DNA of 64,000 nucleotides from Bigelowiella natans CCMP2755 (lineage: Eukaryota > Protista > Cercozoa), in assembly GCA_000320545.1 (NCBI GenBank), contig ADNK01000002.1:62001-126000 (forward strand). The letters run 5' to 3'. The notes under the pieces are model-generated. The model worked only from the letters and a program-made list of their open reading frames with translations. It made no database searches and was not told where the DNA came from. The position numbers were made by a program, and so were the translations under genes. Below, piece after piece: positions 12,390 to 25,253 of the stretch. Position 1 is the stretch's first letter. Each line of letters begins with the position of its first letter.

Positions 12390-14809
12390 ATGAGCGAGGG
12401 AACGGAAGGAGGAGGTCACGGAAGAAGGAGATTCTCTCAGGATAAACTTCAATGCGCTGAACCCGCTGATGCTGCTGCTTTAGTGCGGGCATATATAAGA
12501 AAGTTACACGAGGAGGAGATTTACGAGATTGACATCCCCCCGATACCTGCTTCAATCATATCATCTTGCCAGTCCGACCAGAAATCCTGCGAGATAGTAT
12601 TTGCTGCAATGGACTCTGATGACCTACGGAAAGTCTTACAGCACGGTAGATCCTTATTCACGCTGAGATTGAGAAGAAGCCTCAATGAATTCTTTGTAGG
12701 AATCCTGTACCGGGGAAAAGTGACCATTCTTGTTTGTTTGCTGAAGAAAGCAGAGAATATACGGTATTATTTCATAACATTATTCCAACTATATAATCAC
12801 TACTATATTCGTGTTCTTCTTATCCCAAAGTTCACATTTGACACGACGACAGGCAACTTTCCAATGTGTATAAGCATTTCCAATATCTTGGTATTTACGG
12901 AGAAGACTCAATAAAGAGCACCATCCTCACCGGAGCCCTCATACAGGCTATTGATCTCTTAGTCAACAGATTTCGTGGTAAAAGCGAATATCCGTTGGTA
13001 TTGATAGACACCCTCGACTTCATCTTATGGCTTCTTGAGTCTCCTAGTGGGGCAGAGGGGAGAGAAGGAGGAGCAATTGAAAGCAAAGGAGAAGGGGAGG
13101 CGGCTGGTTTCAAGATTACCGACAGTGTGACTACCACTAGTCTGGTGGATTTTCTCTTAAATGAAATAAAGGAGGTTTATAACGAGTACTTCCCTGTGAA
13201 GGGTGGGCTGAAAGCTTCGGCTGCTATACTGATTAGGTTGCTCAACATCTTGCAAGGATTGTCTTTTTCAGATAGTACTGGATATCCCTTGAACGAATTG
13301 TTAGAAAAATCTCTGAATGTCTTAAATACTTTTCTTCGAGTCCTTTTGGGTGCGATAAGTGGAGCGCATAAAAGCTTTTGGGTTCTTCAGAAGGGAGGAG
13401 GGAAAGTAGTGGGAGAGGGTGAGGATGATGCGGAAGTGGGAGCAGCAGTAACAATACAGGATCAGTCGATTTTAGTGTCTACTCGGAACAGCTTGCTGGG
13501 CACATTGTGTGGGTTAATAACGAATGTCTTACGAGCGAGTGTGTTCGAATCTTCTTCTCCATCAATTGAAGAGAAGCAGCCCAACATGATGATGTCAGGG
13601 AAGTTGGGGATCAACCTCATCGCACTTCTTAAATTCAGCTTGGAGTACAAGGAGGTTGCTGGCTAAGCAGCTAAAAAACAGCAGTATAGATCTATTGGCA
13701 GATGATATTTTCTTTTTACGTTGTTATGTTGCTTATTCGCAGGTACCTGAATCGCTGATGAATTGTTTGAGGACAGTTCTTCTCTACTTTAATCGGGAAA
13801 GAGACGGGAAATTAGAAACACAAGTAGTAGTAGTAGTAGTAGTAATAGTAGTAATAATAGTCATGTTTCTCCCTTTTTACTTCACTCACAAGCCATCTTC
13901 CTTTCCTCTTTCTCCTCTTCCTCTTTCTTCTCATCATTAGACAATGCTTGAATTACTTCAAGCTATTCAAGACGAGAATCTTAAGACCCAAAAGGTGCAC
14001 TACTACTACTATTACTCCTACTACTACAACAACAACTACATAACAAGTATTTCGAAGCCTAATGCTGATAGCACGACGAATGGGTAGTACATACATACTT
14101 ACGCAGCAAAGTAATCACTGACTGGCCTGTGCATCATAATCCACCTTTGGTAACAATTATAATGATAAAATAATCCAAACTACTACTATCAATAACTTTC
14201 ACTCAAAAGGTCGCCTTGGCAGCGGATTATGTTTCACAGTGGCTTCTTCATTCACGACCACCAATTCGTTTAAAACTCAAAGTGCTTGACACCGTAAGAA
14301 AAGTGATGAAGAAAAGACATAAGATGTTCCGTAGAGGCAAAATCGAAGCTCGGGCGCATTATGTGTTGGTTGCGAGCCTATCAAGAGTAGTGCATGGTGT
14401 TGTCCTGGGTGCTATAGACATCTCTGAGGTGCTAAGGAGCGTCGATGGTAAGGAGCTGTTGCTGGAAAATTTACGTCAGCTTCGAAAGGCTTGCAAGGCT
14501 CATCAGGTACATTTATTATGGATGTATGATGATGATGATGATGACGATTGTGATGACAACGACGGAAGAAGATAACCTACGATGATATCCACCTCCTTAA
14601 TGATAAAGCATTGCTGCTACTGCTTATGTTACCTCTTGTTGTTGTTGTTGTTGTTATCAGAGATATTCACTGTTACTTGTTGTTGTTATGATGAGAGATA
14701 TGCACTGTTACCTCTTCTGTTGCTGTTCTTGTTATGATTAGAGATACGCGCTGGTGGTGGGTCTGGCTGCTAGAATGGTAGAAGATCCCATACTCGTTAA
14801 CAGCATCTT

Positions 14810-14841
<32 letters not shown>

Positions 14842-14886
14842 TAGCGGAGATTCTGGAGGACATATTACACAGTTGTAGTAGTAGTG

Positions 14887-14919
<33 letters not shown>

Positions 14920-17900
14920 ATAGCAAGGATATCAAGGACGAAGAACAATCTACTAGGGAAAATGATGGTAGCTGTACCAGCAGTAGAACAAACAGCGATG
15001 GCACTTGTAAAAAAGAGCATCATCACCAGCATCATCATCATGAGAATCATCTATATGAGACTCTGGTAGAATTACTACGGCTGTTTAAAAACCTTACTTC
15101 TTACCAAAGCAAGGATCTTACACGAAGACTCATCCAGAATTCTTGTTTTAGAAATTTGTTCGTTATTTGTGCACATATGGTACAACAGCAGAAGAAGGCA
15201 GACACGATGGAGAGCAGGATTACATTGCTCCTCCTCCCTCCAGAGAACCAATGTAATCGAATTCTTTCACAATATGATGATGAATACCCGGATCTCAGCA
15301 AAGCTCTCGGACAAATAATGGCTAGACGACAGAATGAAGAAAAAGAAGAAGAAACGAATGATGATGATGATGATGATGAATACGGCGAAGAAGAAGACAT
15401 GAAAGTGCTACAACTACTACCTCGATTGGGATGTTTCAGGGAGTTGATCTCCTTCATTGCTTCTTCTTCCGAACAAAAGCAGCAGCACTTAGAATCTCTT
15501 CTCCTTGATGATGATATTAATACTAAACACAGTAATATTACTGATAATGCTGCCGCCCTTGGCCGACGACGATATCAAAGAAGAGAGGTTGCTATACTAC
15601 AATTCTTAGCAAAGCACATACTACGCAATCTGGATCGATTGTACCCGGAGCTCCCTGCAGCTTTTTCACTCATGATAGGCGGTACTACGGCTGCTGCTCC
15701 AGAAATGGGAACCTCGAAGAAGAGGGAAGAGAAGGAGGAGGAGGAGGAGGAGGAGGAGGAGGAAGAAGAGAAGATCCTATTTGAGATGATGCCTCCGATT
15801 TTAACGGAGAGGGATCTTTATATTTCTACGCCGGTGGCTCCTAAAAGGTTGGAAAATATTCGAAATATTGCAATTCATCGCCAATTATTCGTTCAGTTTT
15901 ATGAGGAGAAAGAGGAGAAAAATCAACTCAGAAAGCAGCAAAAGGAGGAGGGGAAAGATAAAGAGTTGGACGAGGACACTGTAACAGCAACACATAATGA
16001 TAAAGAGAAGAAGAAAGGGGATAATAATGATGATGATGATGATGAGGATGATGTAAAAATGAGGAGTTGGAAAGATGATGGAGATAGTCAAGTCAATACG
16101 GAAGAAGCAAACAACGATGGGCTGGATCATAATAAGGACAACAATCAAGAGAAACATCAACAAATTACGACAACTGGGCTTGATATTCCTAGCAGCCACC
16201 AATCAGAGGATGACGAAAGAGCGGAAAGGAAGAAACATAGTAGTAGTAGCAGTAGCAGCAGCAGTAAGGGAGGACAGAAGAAGGAGGGAGATCTGAAGAG
16301 TACTAGTACTACTACTACTAGTAGTAGTAGTGCACAAAGCAAACAGCCTCGCAGACCACCTGCTGCTGCTGCTGCTGCCAATTTAAATGAAACCGATGTT
16401 GGTATATATGATAATGATGAATCATATAAGAAAAGTTTTTCTTTCAAAGACGTACACAGCGAACTTCTGATGAAGAGGAAGAGAGTAAGAAGGGGCAAAA
16501 AGAGGAATTCTATACTAAGTAACACTAATCCTCTCGCGCTCGATTTAGTCGAAAATGAAGGAGAGGGAAAAGGGCGCAGCACCTCCTTCTCTATTTTGCT
16601 TTCATCGATACCTAAGGATTTTGATCCAGCCAGACGTTTGTATCTTGAGGACACTCGGTTCGCACTTGTGAGGCCATTTCACCACGAAAACCCTCCCACT
16701 ACCAAACAATCCTTCGATGATTGGGCAAAGACAAATTTTAGGGGTAAAAAGAAGAATTTCTTCAGCTCAAAGAAACTCAAGGTGGTGCCTGAGTATCAAA
16801 ATACAGAAATTCAAAAGCGTATTCTCAAGAAACTCCAAGCTGAACTCACTCACCAGGATATGGGAGCGATGAATGATCTCGCACGCATATTCTTCAAGCT
16901 GCTCATGAGCTTTCAAAGTGACGCCCCCTCTGTTCGATGTCCAAGTGAGAAGATAGAGGATATTCAGAGAAACAAGAAAAAGAAGGGGTGGACGAAACAC
17001 CACTCTATGCAAATCACAGATGAGATCTTTGCGCAGATATTGAAGCAAACGAGAGGTGAAGTTGGTAATAATCAACTCCGTAATGGGTTTATCGTTCTAG
17101 CTTTGGCCTGTGCTCAAGGTCTTCGTCCTTCTTCTACTTCTTCCAATGATTTGGAACAATGTGTTAGGCACCATATATGGGATGTGTACCATCAAAATGA
17201 GCAGGATTTCTTGTTGCAAATACTATGCCGCTGCGCTTGGAATGCACTAAATCAGAAGAACCCAAACTATAGCCTCCTCAAGATTGCGAAGATCATCGAC
17301 GAGACAGTGGAGAGGGAGAGGAAATTTTTAATTTTCTTCAAAGTATTCATGAAAAACAAGTATCGTGACATCGTAGAACTCCTTGATGGCGACAACGAAC
17401 GCCATATAGTCAAGACTGGGCTTTTGTATAAGCGGAGCAGTAGCAGGGGGAGAGGGGATGGCAAAATCTCAATAGTAGGAGGAGGAGGAGGAGAGATCAT
17501 GAGGAGTAATAGAAATAATCCAACCGGGGTAGCCACCAGTCAATTTCACCTAAGAAACTTCAAAATTGCGATTGAGGACACCGAATATTCGCATGTTCCC
17601 CAACCACAGTGCGTTCTTACCTACACCAGCCTCGCTGATAGGGGGAGGAAGAAGATCAAAAGCTACGCAATCCAACGCAACGACTTGAATTTCAAACTTA
17701 AAAGCACAGAGGACAACAAGAATCATTGGAAAGTAATCTACGTTGAAAAAAAAAATCTAGAAACAAACATTAAAGAAACTTTCGAGATAAAAGGTGAAAC
17801 AGACGAGGAAACGCTGAAATGGTTCAAATTTGCGAAGAATGCTGCTTCGATTGCACACGGACGGAGATTGATTAGGAGAAGATTGGGCAAAGAATTAGAA

Positions 17901-18551
17901 ATTCCATACCACAAACTCCCATCAAAGGGTAACAGTGGGGGTCTTGGATGGGATCTTACACAGCTTCTACACTCGGAAACAATGCTTCTTGAGTTGTTGG
18001 CTAAAGGAAGGTTTGGGGGACATCTTTCCTTTGAAGAGGACAAACATGTTGATATTGAGCAAGTCGGAGTACTTGTAATTAGGATTACATCATCATCATC
18101 GTCATCTTCAGAGGATATCAGGATTGATGTACCACCATATCGATCAGTGATCATAGGGTATGGCCAAAGAGCTCGTATACCGATCTGCGGTACACATCTC
18201 AGGAAACGCAACGAGGATTTCAGCAAGAAAATATTAATAGAATACAAGGGAGAGAAAAGAAAGTTCTGGACTGTAGCTCAAGTTGTAGATGAAATCATTT
18301 CCAAGGGCAAACGAGAGGAGGAGGAGGAGGAGGAGGAGAGTAGTGGTCATGACACCAAAGATGGATCCCATCGTACGACATTACGATTCAAGCTATTTCA
18401 TAAGAATTTGGGTCTTCAATTGCAGTGGATTTCTGGTACAAGAGTCCGCAATTTTGAGAGGCCTGAAGTTGATTATGGTGGTGCTGCAGTAGTAGTAGAC
18501 CACAAATCAAGAAAGAATATTCAAAAAGAACAAGAAGAGAAAGCTCGTAAA

Positions 18552-18586
<35 letters not shown>

Positions 18587-19730
18587 GTTAGAGAGGGAAC
18601 GAAAGAAGAGAAAAGAAGAGAGTGTTGCCAGATCTTCGCCCCCTCCATTCTTCTCATCACAGGACGCTAATGAGGTTGAGTTGAAGCGAGGGGAACACAC
18701 AAAGTTCATGTCTCGAAAAGTTGGGTGGCAAGGAGGCATTGTTACCGACTACTTCACCTCACCTCATGCTGATGCTGGTAAGTGGTTTCAAATTGAAGTC
18801 TCCAAAAAAAGTGATATAGAAGATATGGAAGTGTACGCATTTGACCGTACCAACACTGCCTTCGGAGGAGATGGCACTGCAACAACAAGAGTTGTTAAGA
18901 TTTCTCAAGAAAAGACTCTATATAAATACTTTTCGAGGTACCAGTATTTCTCTCGCCAATCATCATCTGATTTCTCCACAAGCAAGACTATACGGGTTTT
19001 ATTCACAGTATCGTTCATTGCTTCTGACCTCCACGGAACTCTTAATAAGATTCGTCGCTCGATATCAACATTTTGTGGCATGGAAGAATCTGAAGTGAGA
19101 GTACTTGATGCGGAGTTAGGATACGTGCACTTAGAAGTGGTGTTCCAACAGGAGGGTGAATACCAAAAGGCTGTGGATTTATTTCACAGACTAGCTGAAC
19201 CAAATACTTTCTCAAATCTCTTCCAAGGCTTCTTCAATGAAAGCCATCATCGTCTTCTTGATGTGTCCAATGTACAACTCATCAAACACAAAAGCATAAA
19301 AATGCCCTTACCCCGTCTATCGAATAAATCTCTGCGAAGAATAAAGAATAATAACAAGACGGGTGATAAAGCAACTCAAGGTAGGGGTGGTGCTTCAGAT
19401 GATATTATAAGTTCAAATACCGAGAATATCAACCAATTATCGAAGCTACTGCTTTTGGGGCATTACGACGATGCAAAGATAAACTCAGGTAAGAGAAGAG
19501 GATCAAAGAGGAAGTCGAGGAGGCGTGTGATGAAAAATCGAGAAAACCAGACAGTAGCTGAAAACAAAAATCTCGTCCACATGCTAGGATTTGTGCAAGA
19601 GGTAACCATATATATATTGATTCTATTATAATTTTTTCCTTCGTTAGGACGAAAGTCTGATTGATGATTATTGCAGGCTTTGGAAAAGCACTGTGACAAG
19701 CTTGAAACTACTAAGAAGCAAGTGGGTTAA
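12390..19730 (+). CDS. Very large (~2,200 aa) protein: divergent RhoGAP-like N-terminus, helical region, MyTH4 domain, PH domain
   Basis: ATG 12390, several exons, one 4,860-nt exon (14742-19601) and last exon 19677-19730 (ALEKHCDKLETTKKQVG*). MyTH4 signature QITDEIFAQILKQT...RNGFIVLALACAQGLRPS (~16780-17250). PH signature IVKTGLLYKR...FEIKGETDEETLKWFKFAKNA (~17400-17845). ADAAALVRAYIRKL...PPIP weakly resembles RhoGAP. Confidence 0.8.
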
Positions 19731-19889
19731 GCTGCTGGATATATAATAGCGTTGATGGGCAAAAGCTTCCTTGATTCATCCGAATCGCTTGCCCCTGCTA
19801 GGAATAATTAACGATGTTTTGAAATTATTACAGATCGATATAGTTCCTATTACTACCATCGCAATGAAAGAGTAGTAACGCAAGTATAT

Positions 19890-21000
19890 GTCTAGATGTC
19901 CCCACGTCCCGCGCAGCAGACTATGTAGCTAGCAGCGAATCTATTGCATGATAGCCGCGTAGTTGCTAAGGTCAGTGTTGCACACGACTAAAAATTAACA
20001 TAGCGCTGCATCTTCTTCACGCCACTCTAGCACTGTGCATCACAACGTGTACGATGCATGTCAACACACAATGACATCGGCTATTTGCTAGCTAGCTTGC
20101 AGACACATCGCACATGCAACATTGTACATGCACACTACTAGACTTGCACTGCTAGACTGCTGTGCTGATTGATTTGCATGATGAATGGATATCCGATGCA
20201 AACAGAGCAACGCACATGAAGACTCTCGGGTTCACTCGTAGTTCACTCCCTGCTAGCCTGTCTCGGATCACTGGAGACAGTAGACAGGCTCAACCTGCCT
20301 AGTGTTGCTACATCATGCTAGCATGCGTGGCTGGCAACATTGGCAATTTCAAATTTTCGAGAGGACTGTGCTAGTGTGCACTGCAGCCGAAGCTTAGCAC
20401 GCACGATGCGCAGTCCAGCAGTGTGCAATGTCATCGAAGATTTGGATCATTTGCTTTCTTGACCATTGCCACGCCACACGTCACCGCTTGAGGAACCAGC
20501 TCACTGCCACAGCAATGCGCGACGACAAAACAAAAAGATTGACATCTCTAGATCTGATGAGAAGGAACTGCAGCGCGAAATGCGCGACATTGCAGACCGA
20601 AACAACATGCATTTGATTGCATGAAACACATCATGGCGGAGACCAATAGATTCGACATTACATGCGCTGTGGCCGCTCGCTGCATTGCTAGATTGCACAG
20701 CTACATGAGGATGACCATTGAACAAATTTAATTGATCAACTACATTCTTCTTGTACTAGCACAATTTCCAGTGTATTGACAACGGACATCGTATGCTCTT
20801 GCACTATGCATTCAATCTATCCACTCGCCATCATGATGATAACGCTACAAAAGTGGTCAGCACATCGCGTGATGTTGATATCGCTACATGTATGTGTACG
20901 CTGATATACGATAACAACGACGAGGCACAACATAAGCGCTGTAGCCGCTGCTTTGCATAGCTACATCAGGATGACCATTGAAAGGATTTAACCACTTCAT
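19890..21000. other. Partially TpA-depleted tract between convergent gene ends
   Basis: 20400-20645 has no TA except one CTAG; the flanks keep some TA. Rich in gcatgc/tgca/ctag. Confidence 0.7.
20661..20993 (+). repeat. Dispersed repeat family B, two copies (20661-20734 and 20931-20993)
   Basis: Core gcgctgtRgccgct...ttgcaYagctacatSaggatgaccattgaa is present twice; a third copy is inverted at 28582-28645. Confidence 0.85.
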
Positions 21001-21081
21001 TATATCCGTCTAACGATAACAACGAAGTCAGGAGTATTTCATTTTGATGACCAGCATTATAACTAGATAACCACATCTCGG

Positions 21082-21118
<37 letters not shown>

Positions 21119-21122
21119 GTCA

Positions 21123-22471
21123 TCATGTGCACGGTTTGTTTGTAGACCGCTCTATGACTTCGGAAGGCCTTACAAATGAATAAGTATCCTCTCCATCCCA
21201 CACTATCGTCATTCGTTTTTTATCGATCTCTGTCAGTTGGGAGGTGAAAAGCATTTCAAAATGGAAGAAGCTAAAACATAGTATTCCATGATTGGGGGCT
21301 GCTTTGGAGCATGCATTTTTCCAATGATAAAATTGCTCTAACTACTCTATTCTGTGATATAGTGTCGTTACGTCAATTGTTTTGCAGATGTGTATTATTC
21401 ACCTAAGATTCTTCCAGGGTATTTGCTCCCATCTTCCCACGTTGCAATAACAGTAGTTCCTACCGAGCACTACAGAGGGAGGAGGAGGCAAAACAGTAGA
21501 ATCGTATCATCCCGTTAGATTTTGTTGCGGCTGCTTGTCTGTTAGCGTTTTTCGCCATCACAACCACAATTCTTAGTTAGTACAGAGACGATCACCGCTG
21601 ATGTTCTTTTCCTCTTCTCCTTCTTCTTCTTCTTCTTCTTCTCTTTTTTCACTTTCAGATGGCTTTTCATTGGGATTCCTGTGTTAGGCAAATTAGCAGC
21701 GGCTAACGACTGTAACCAATTATGATGATGATTATAACCACAAATGTTTGATCCAAGCAATAGAGTACGACGACGACGACGATGATGACGACCACGAAAT
21801 TACTTGCATTGTCCGACTCCTTTAAACGGCCTAACATAAACTCTTCATATGCATCGGAGTGCATGTCTTTAGGCTGGACATCTGAACCATAATTTCTGAC
21901 AACATGACAACAATCACACACCAGAATGATGATAATAATAATAGTATTAATAATAACAATATATGTGTTAACAGAAGAAGTGTAAGAGCTTTGCTCGGTG
22001 AAACGCAAATGAATTATGACTAATGTTGAGATAAATTTCGCATAAACATCATCTCGTCCACGGCTCCATGATTTCTTCATGTTTTCAACGAATGCTACAA
22101 ACATGTTGTTGTTGTTGTTGTAGTATTTGTGTGCAGCAGCAGCAGCACAATGTGATTCATTCGATCTAGTAGTAATAGTACCTAAGCTGAACAACAAGCG
22201 GTGGTTCAAGCACGTAGCTTCTAGGATCAACAACAGCCTCTTCTATCTGTAGTTTCAATGTAGTATCATCACCATCATATATCATCATCATCATCATCAT
22301 CATCATTATGTATCTTCCTCCTCACCACCATCTTCATCATCACGCATGCATACCTTGTTAGCATCAAATCCCTTTGGAGGATTGGAACTAAAACAAACAA
22401 TCAATCGATGATGAATGTATGTCGTCATGAGATCGTTGAAGAGAACGAAAGAAAACAAGAGATTCTAACGG

Positions 22472-22508
<37 letters not shown>

Positions 22509-22648
22509 TGTGTGGAAAAGCATACTAGTGTAAGGAAGTAAGTAAATGTTCTCACAACAAACTTTACAGCTGTCGTCTATTTGTTTGTTTCTGGCTACTT
22601 CTGGTAAAGTGATGAAGTGATGAAAGTCATGATGAAACTACTAAAAGC

Positions 22649-22679
<31 letters not shown>

Positions 22680-23131
22680 CCCTGGAGGCTTGTTCAGGGA
22701 CTGAAATGCTACGAAGCTCGTCATATGAGTGTCTACCTGTTGTTTGTGATCATTACCGATATACTCACAATTGTAGTATCCTCATCCATCCGCTATCATT
22801 TTTATTAGCTATAATGATTACCTGGAAATAAAGCGGTATTGTGACTTGAAGAAGACGCTTTGCTGCCTCGTAGTTAACAATATATGCAACTGTAGTTCTG
22901 GTGTCGGCGTTTGCATATTGCACACCAAGACCTACAAAACCTGATCATGATGAAGATGATGGAGATGATGAAGATGATGATGGAGATGATGAAGATGATG
23001 ACCGCGCCACATTATAATCATCATCATGCATGTTCTTTGTCACAATAATAATAATAATAATAACCTTGGTCTGGATGCCAGAATACCCCATCTTTTACAT
23101 TGAGATGGGCAAGATAAATCACACCCCTTAA

Positions 23132-23163
<32 letters not shown>

Positions 23164-23788
23164 TTTCCAGAAGCAACAGCAGCGTAAGCATCACCTCCTT
23201 GTCACGTTTAGTATAACGATGATACACAAAGTACACAAAGCACACACTCTCTCTCTCTCCTATCGAAAAAGTGCGGTGATATGTTCTTCTTCTCCAAAGC
23301 AGTAACAGCAGCAGCAGGTTGTTTTTAATGACGGAGAATTATACTACTACTACTTTTACTACTACTACTACTACCAATCATCTGGAACATGAGATATTCT
23401 GGCTTCTAAATCCTAGAGTCAGCAGCACAATACAAGTAGCGACATTAATACAAGAAAGATGATAAATCAAACAAGATGAAGCTACAACTGTATATCCTTG
23501 ATGATGATGATGATGATGATGTACTACTACTACCTGTCGAAAGTTGTGAGAGAAATGTGCATCGTCTTCAAGTACGAGGACTCTTTGTAGCTTTTCAGAT
23601 ACAATTCGCCTCCAGATATTAATATGTGATAAAGCACATCCTAGTGCTCCGCGTGTCAAATCATGTCCAAACACGAGCTCATCTGACCAAAGGAATGGTA
23701 ATCAGCTCATTAGGATGTACACATCCATCATAACTGAGCAAGTAGAATAAAACATGATCATTGGTGCCTGTGCTTTGAAATAGTGGCC

Positions 23789-23819
<31 letters not shown>

Positions 23820-25253
23820 CCCTTACTCAGTTGAGTCAGTGATTCATAAGCGTGATTTGAGATTGTTGCAGGCTGCTTTTCCCCATTCTCGCCACTACTT
23901 CCTTCTTGACGCAAAGCTTCTAAATCAATCTATTTTGACGATGATTAAAATTGAATATTAAAGCAAGGTCGGACGAAGAGTCGTTTGTGTTGTTTTGGAA
24001 ATAAGAGACATCTGTCTTAGGAGAAAGCACAGGTACTAGGATGGATGACCGACTTAAATTATAAGGATAAACCACCACACTATTATGACTAAAGTCCTGT
24101 TGAATGCCTATTATCAACCTTGCTCCCATCCACAGCAGATATTCTCTCAACATATTTCATCAAGTCAATGCGCTTCAACTCCTTACGAATGTGCCTATAA
24201 ATCGTGATCACAAAAATATCCACACACCAACCAGAACACCAAGGTAAATTGTAACAAAGTCAACATCGTCATAATATGTAGAGCAGATTGTAAGAAATTG
24301 AACATCATCATATTATCAAGAGCAGTAGCAACCTCCAACGATCTTTTCGCTTATCCAGATTGATGACGAATATTTTGTCAAAAGGTAGTTTTTCTCCTCC
24401 TCCTCCTCCTCCTCCTCCTCCTCCCTTCTCTTGTTCCTTCTTGTAAGAAGCACTCTGTTCTGGTGGTTCTGAATGGCTTGCTGTTTTTTGGCCTCCCCCT
24501 CTTTCTCCTTCTCTTCCTTCCCCTCCTCCTCCTCCTCCTCCTCGATCACCATTATGTCCACGACCTCGCTCACGATTACCGTGAAGATCACCGCGCCGCG
24601 TTCTCACCGGGATTTTAAGAGGATATAAACAATGCTCTTTAGTATCATCATCATCATCATCATCGTATTGAGGAACATGGAACAGTGAGCAAAGAAGAGG
24701 ATCGGGCCCGTCATAGATTCTCAACTCAAATCCTTGAGATAATAAGCCTCCATAGCATTCCCACGTTCCGTACGTTTGCCCATAGAATCTTTCGAGACAC
24801 ATGCGAGTGGGGGATGATTTCCAAAACTTGGAGCGGATAGAAGTAATGTAAGTATGTGAAGCTTTAGAATCATGATGATGATGATGATGATGATCGCCTT
24901 GGACATGAGCATCTCTCTTGAGAGACCAAAGCTGTGGGCCGCTCGATGAGTTGCTGTATTTCATGCATATGCTTTATCAGTTTTATGCGGAATTTAAGAA
25001 TAATTAATTACCATGGGCGAATTGAAACCGGTAGCCGTGGAGAGTCGGCGCTCAAACAGAGATTCTTGGAAACATTGATGCGCAAAAGCACAGAAGCGGT
25101 TGTTGTGTCTACAGATGCTGAGATTGCGATGAAGACGATCACCATGTAAAGGAACTCACATCTTGATTTCCCAGAAAATATCTTTTTAACTGTCGCTTGC
25201 CTTTTCCTCCGATATTGTATTTTCAAATCTGAACTCCATTCAGTTGCATCCAT
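21123..25253 (-). CDS. Type II membrane glycosyltransferase family 25 with a ricin-B lectin N-domain and a C-terminal Tudor-like domain
   Basis: ATG 25253 and TM FLYMVIVFIAISA. Ricin-type repeats NLCLSADSPRLPVSIRPCNSSSGPQLW and MCLERFYGQTYGTWECYGGLLSQGF. GT25 motifs KIFVINLDKRKDRW, ERISAVDG, LTRGALGCALSHINIWRRIV, VLVLEDDA, TTVAYIVNYEAAKRLL. The last exons splice in frame to CSVGTTVIATWEDGSKYPGRILEIDKKRMTIVWDGEDTYSFVRPSEV, stop at 21123. Confidence 0.85.

Noticed and set aside
18090-18200. FHA domain in the giant protein (RSVIIGYGQRARIPI)
   Set aside because: The conserved GR, SxxH and NG motifs are not present.
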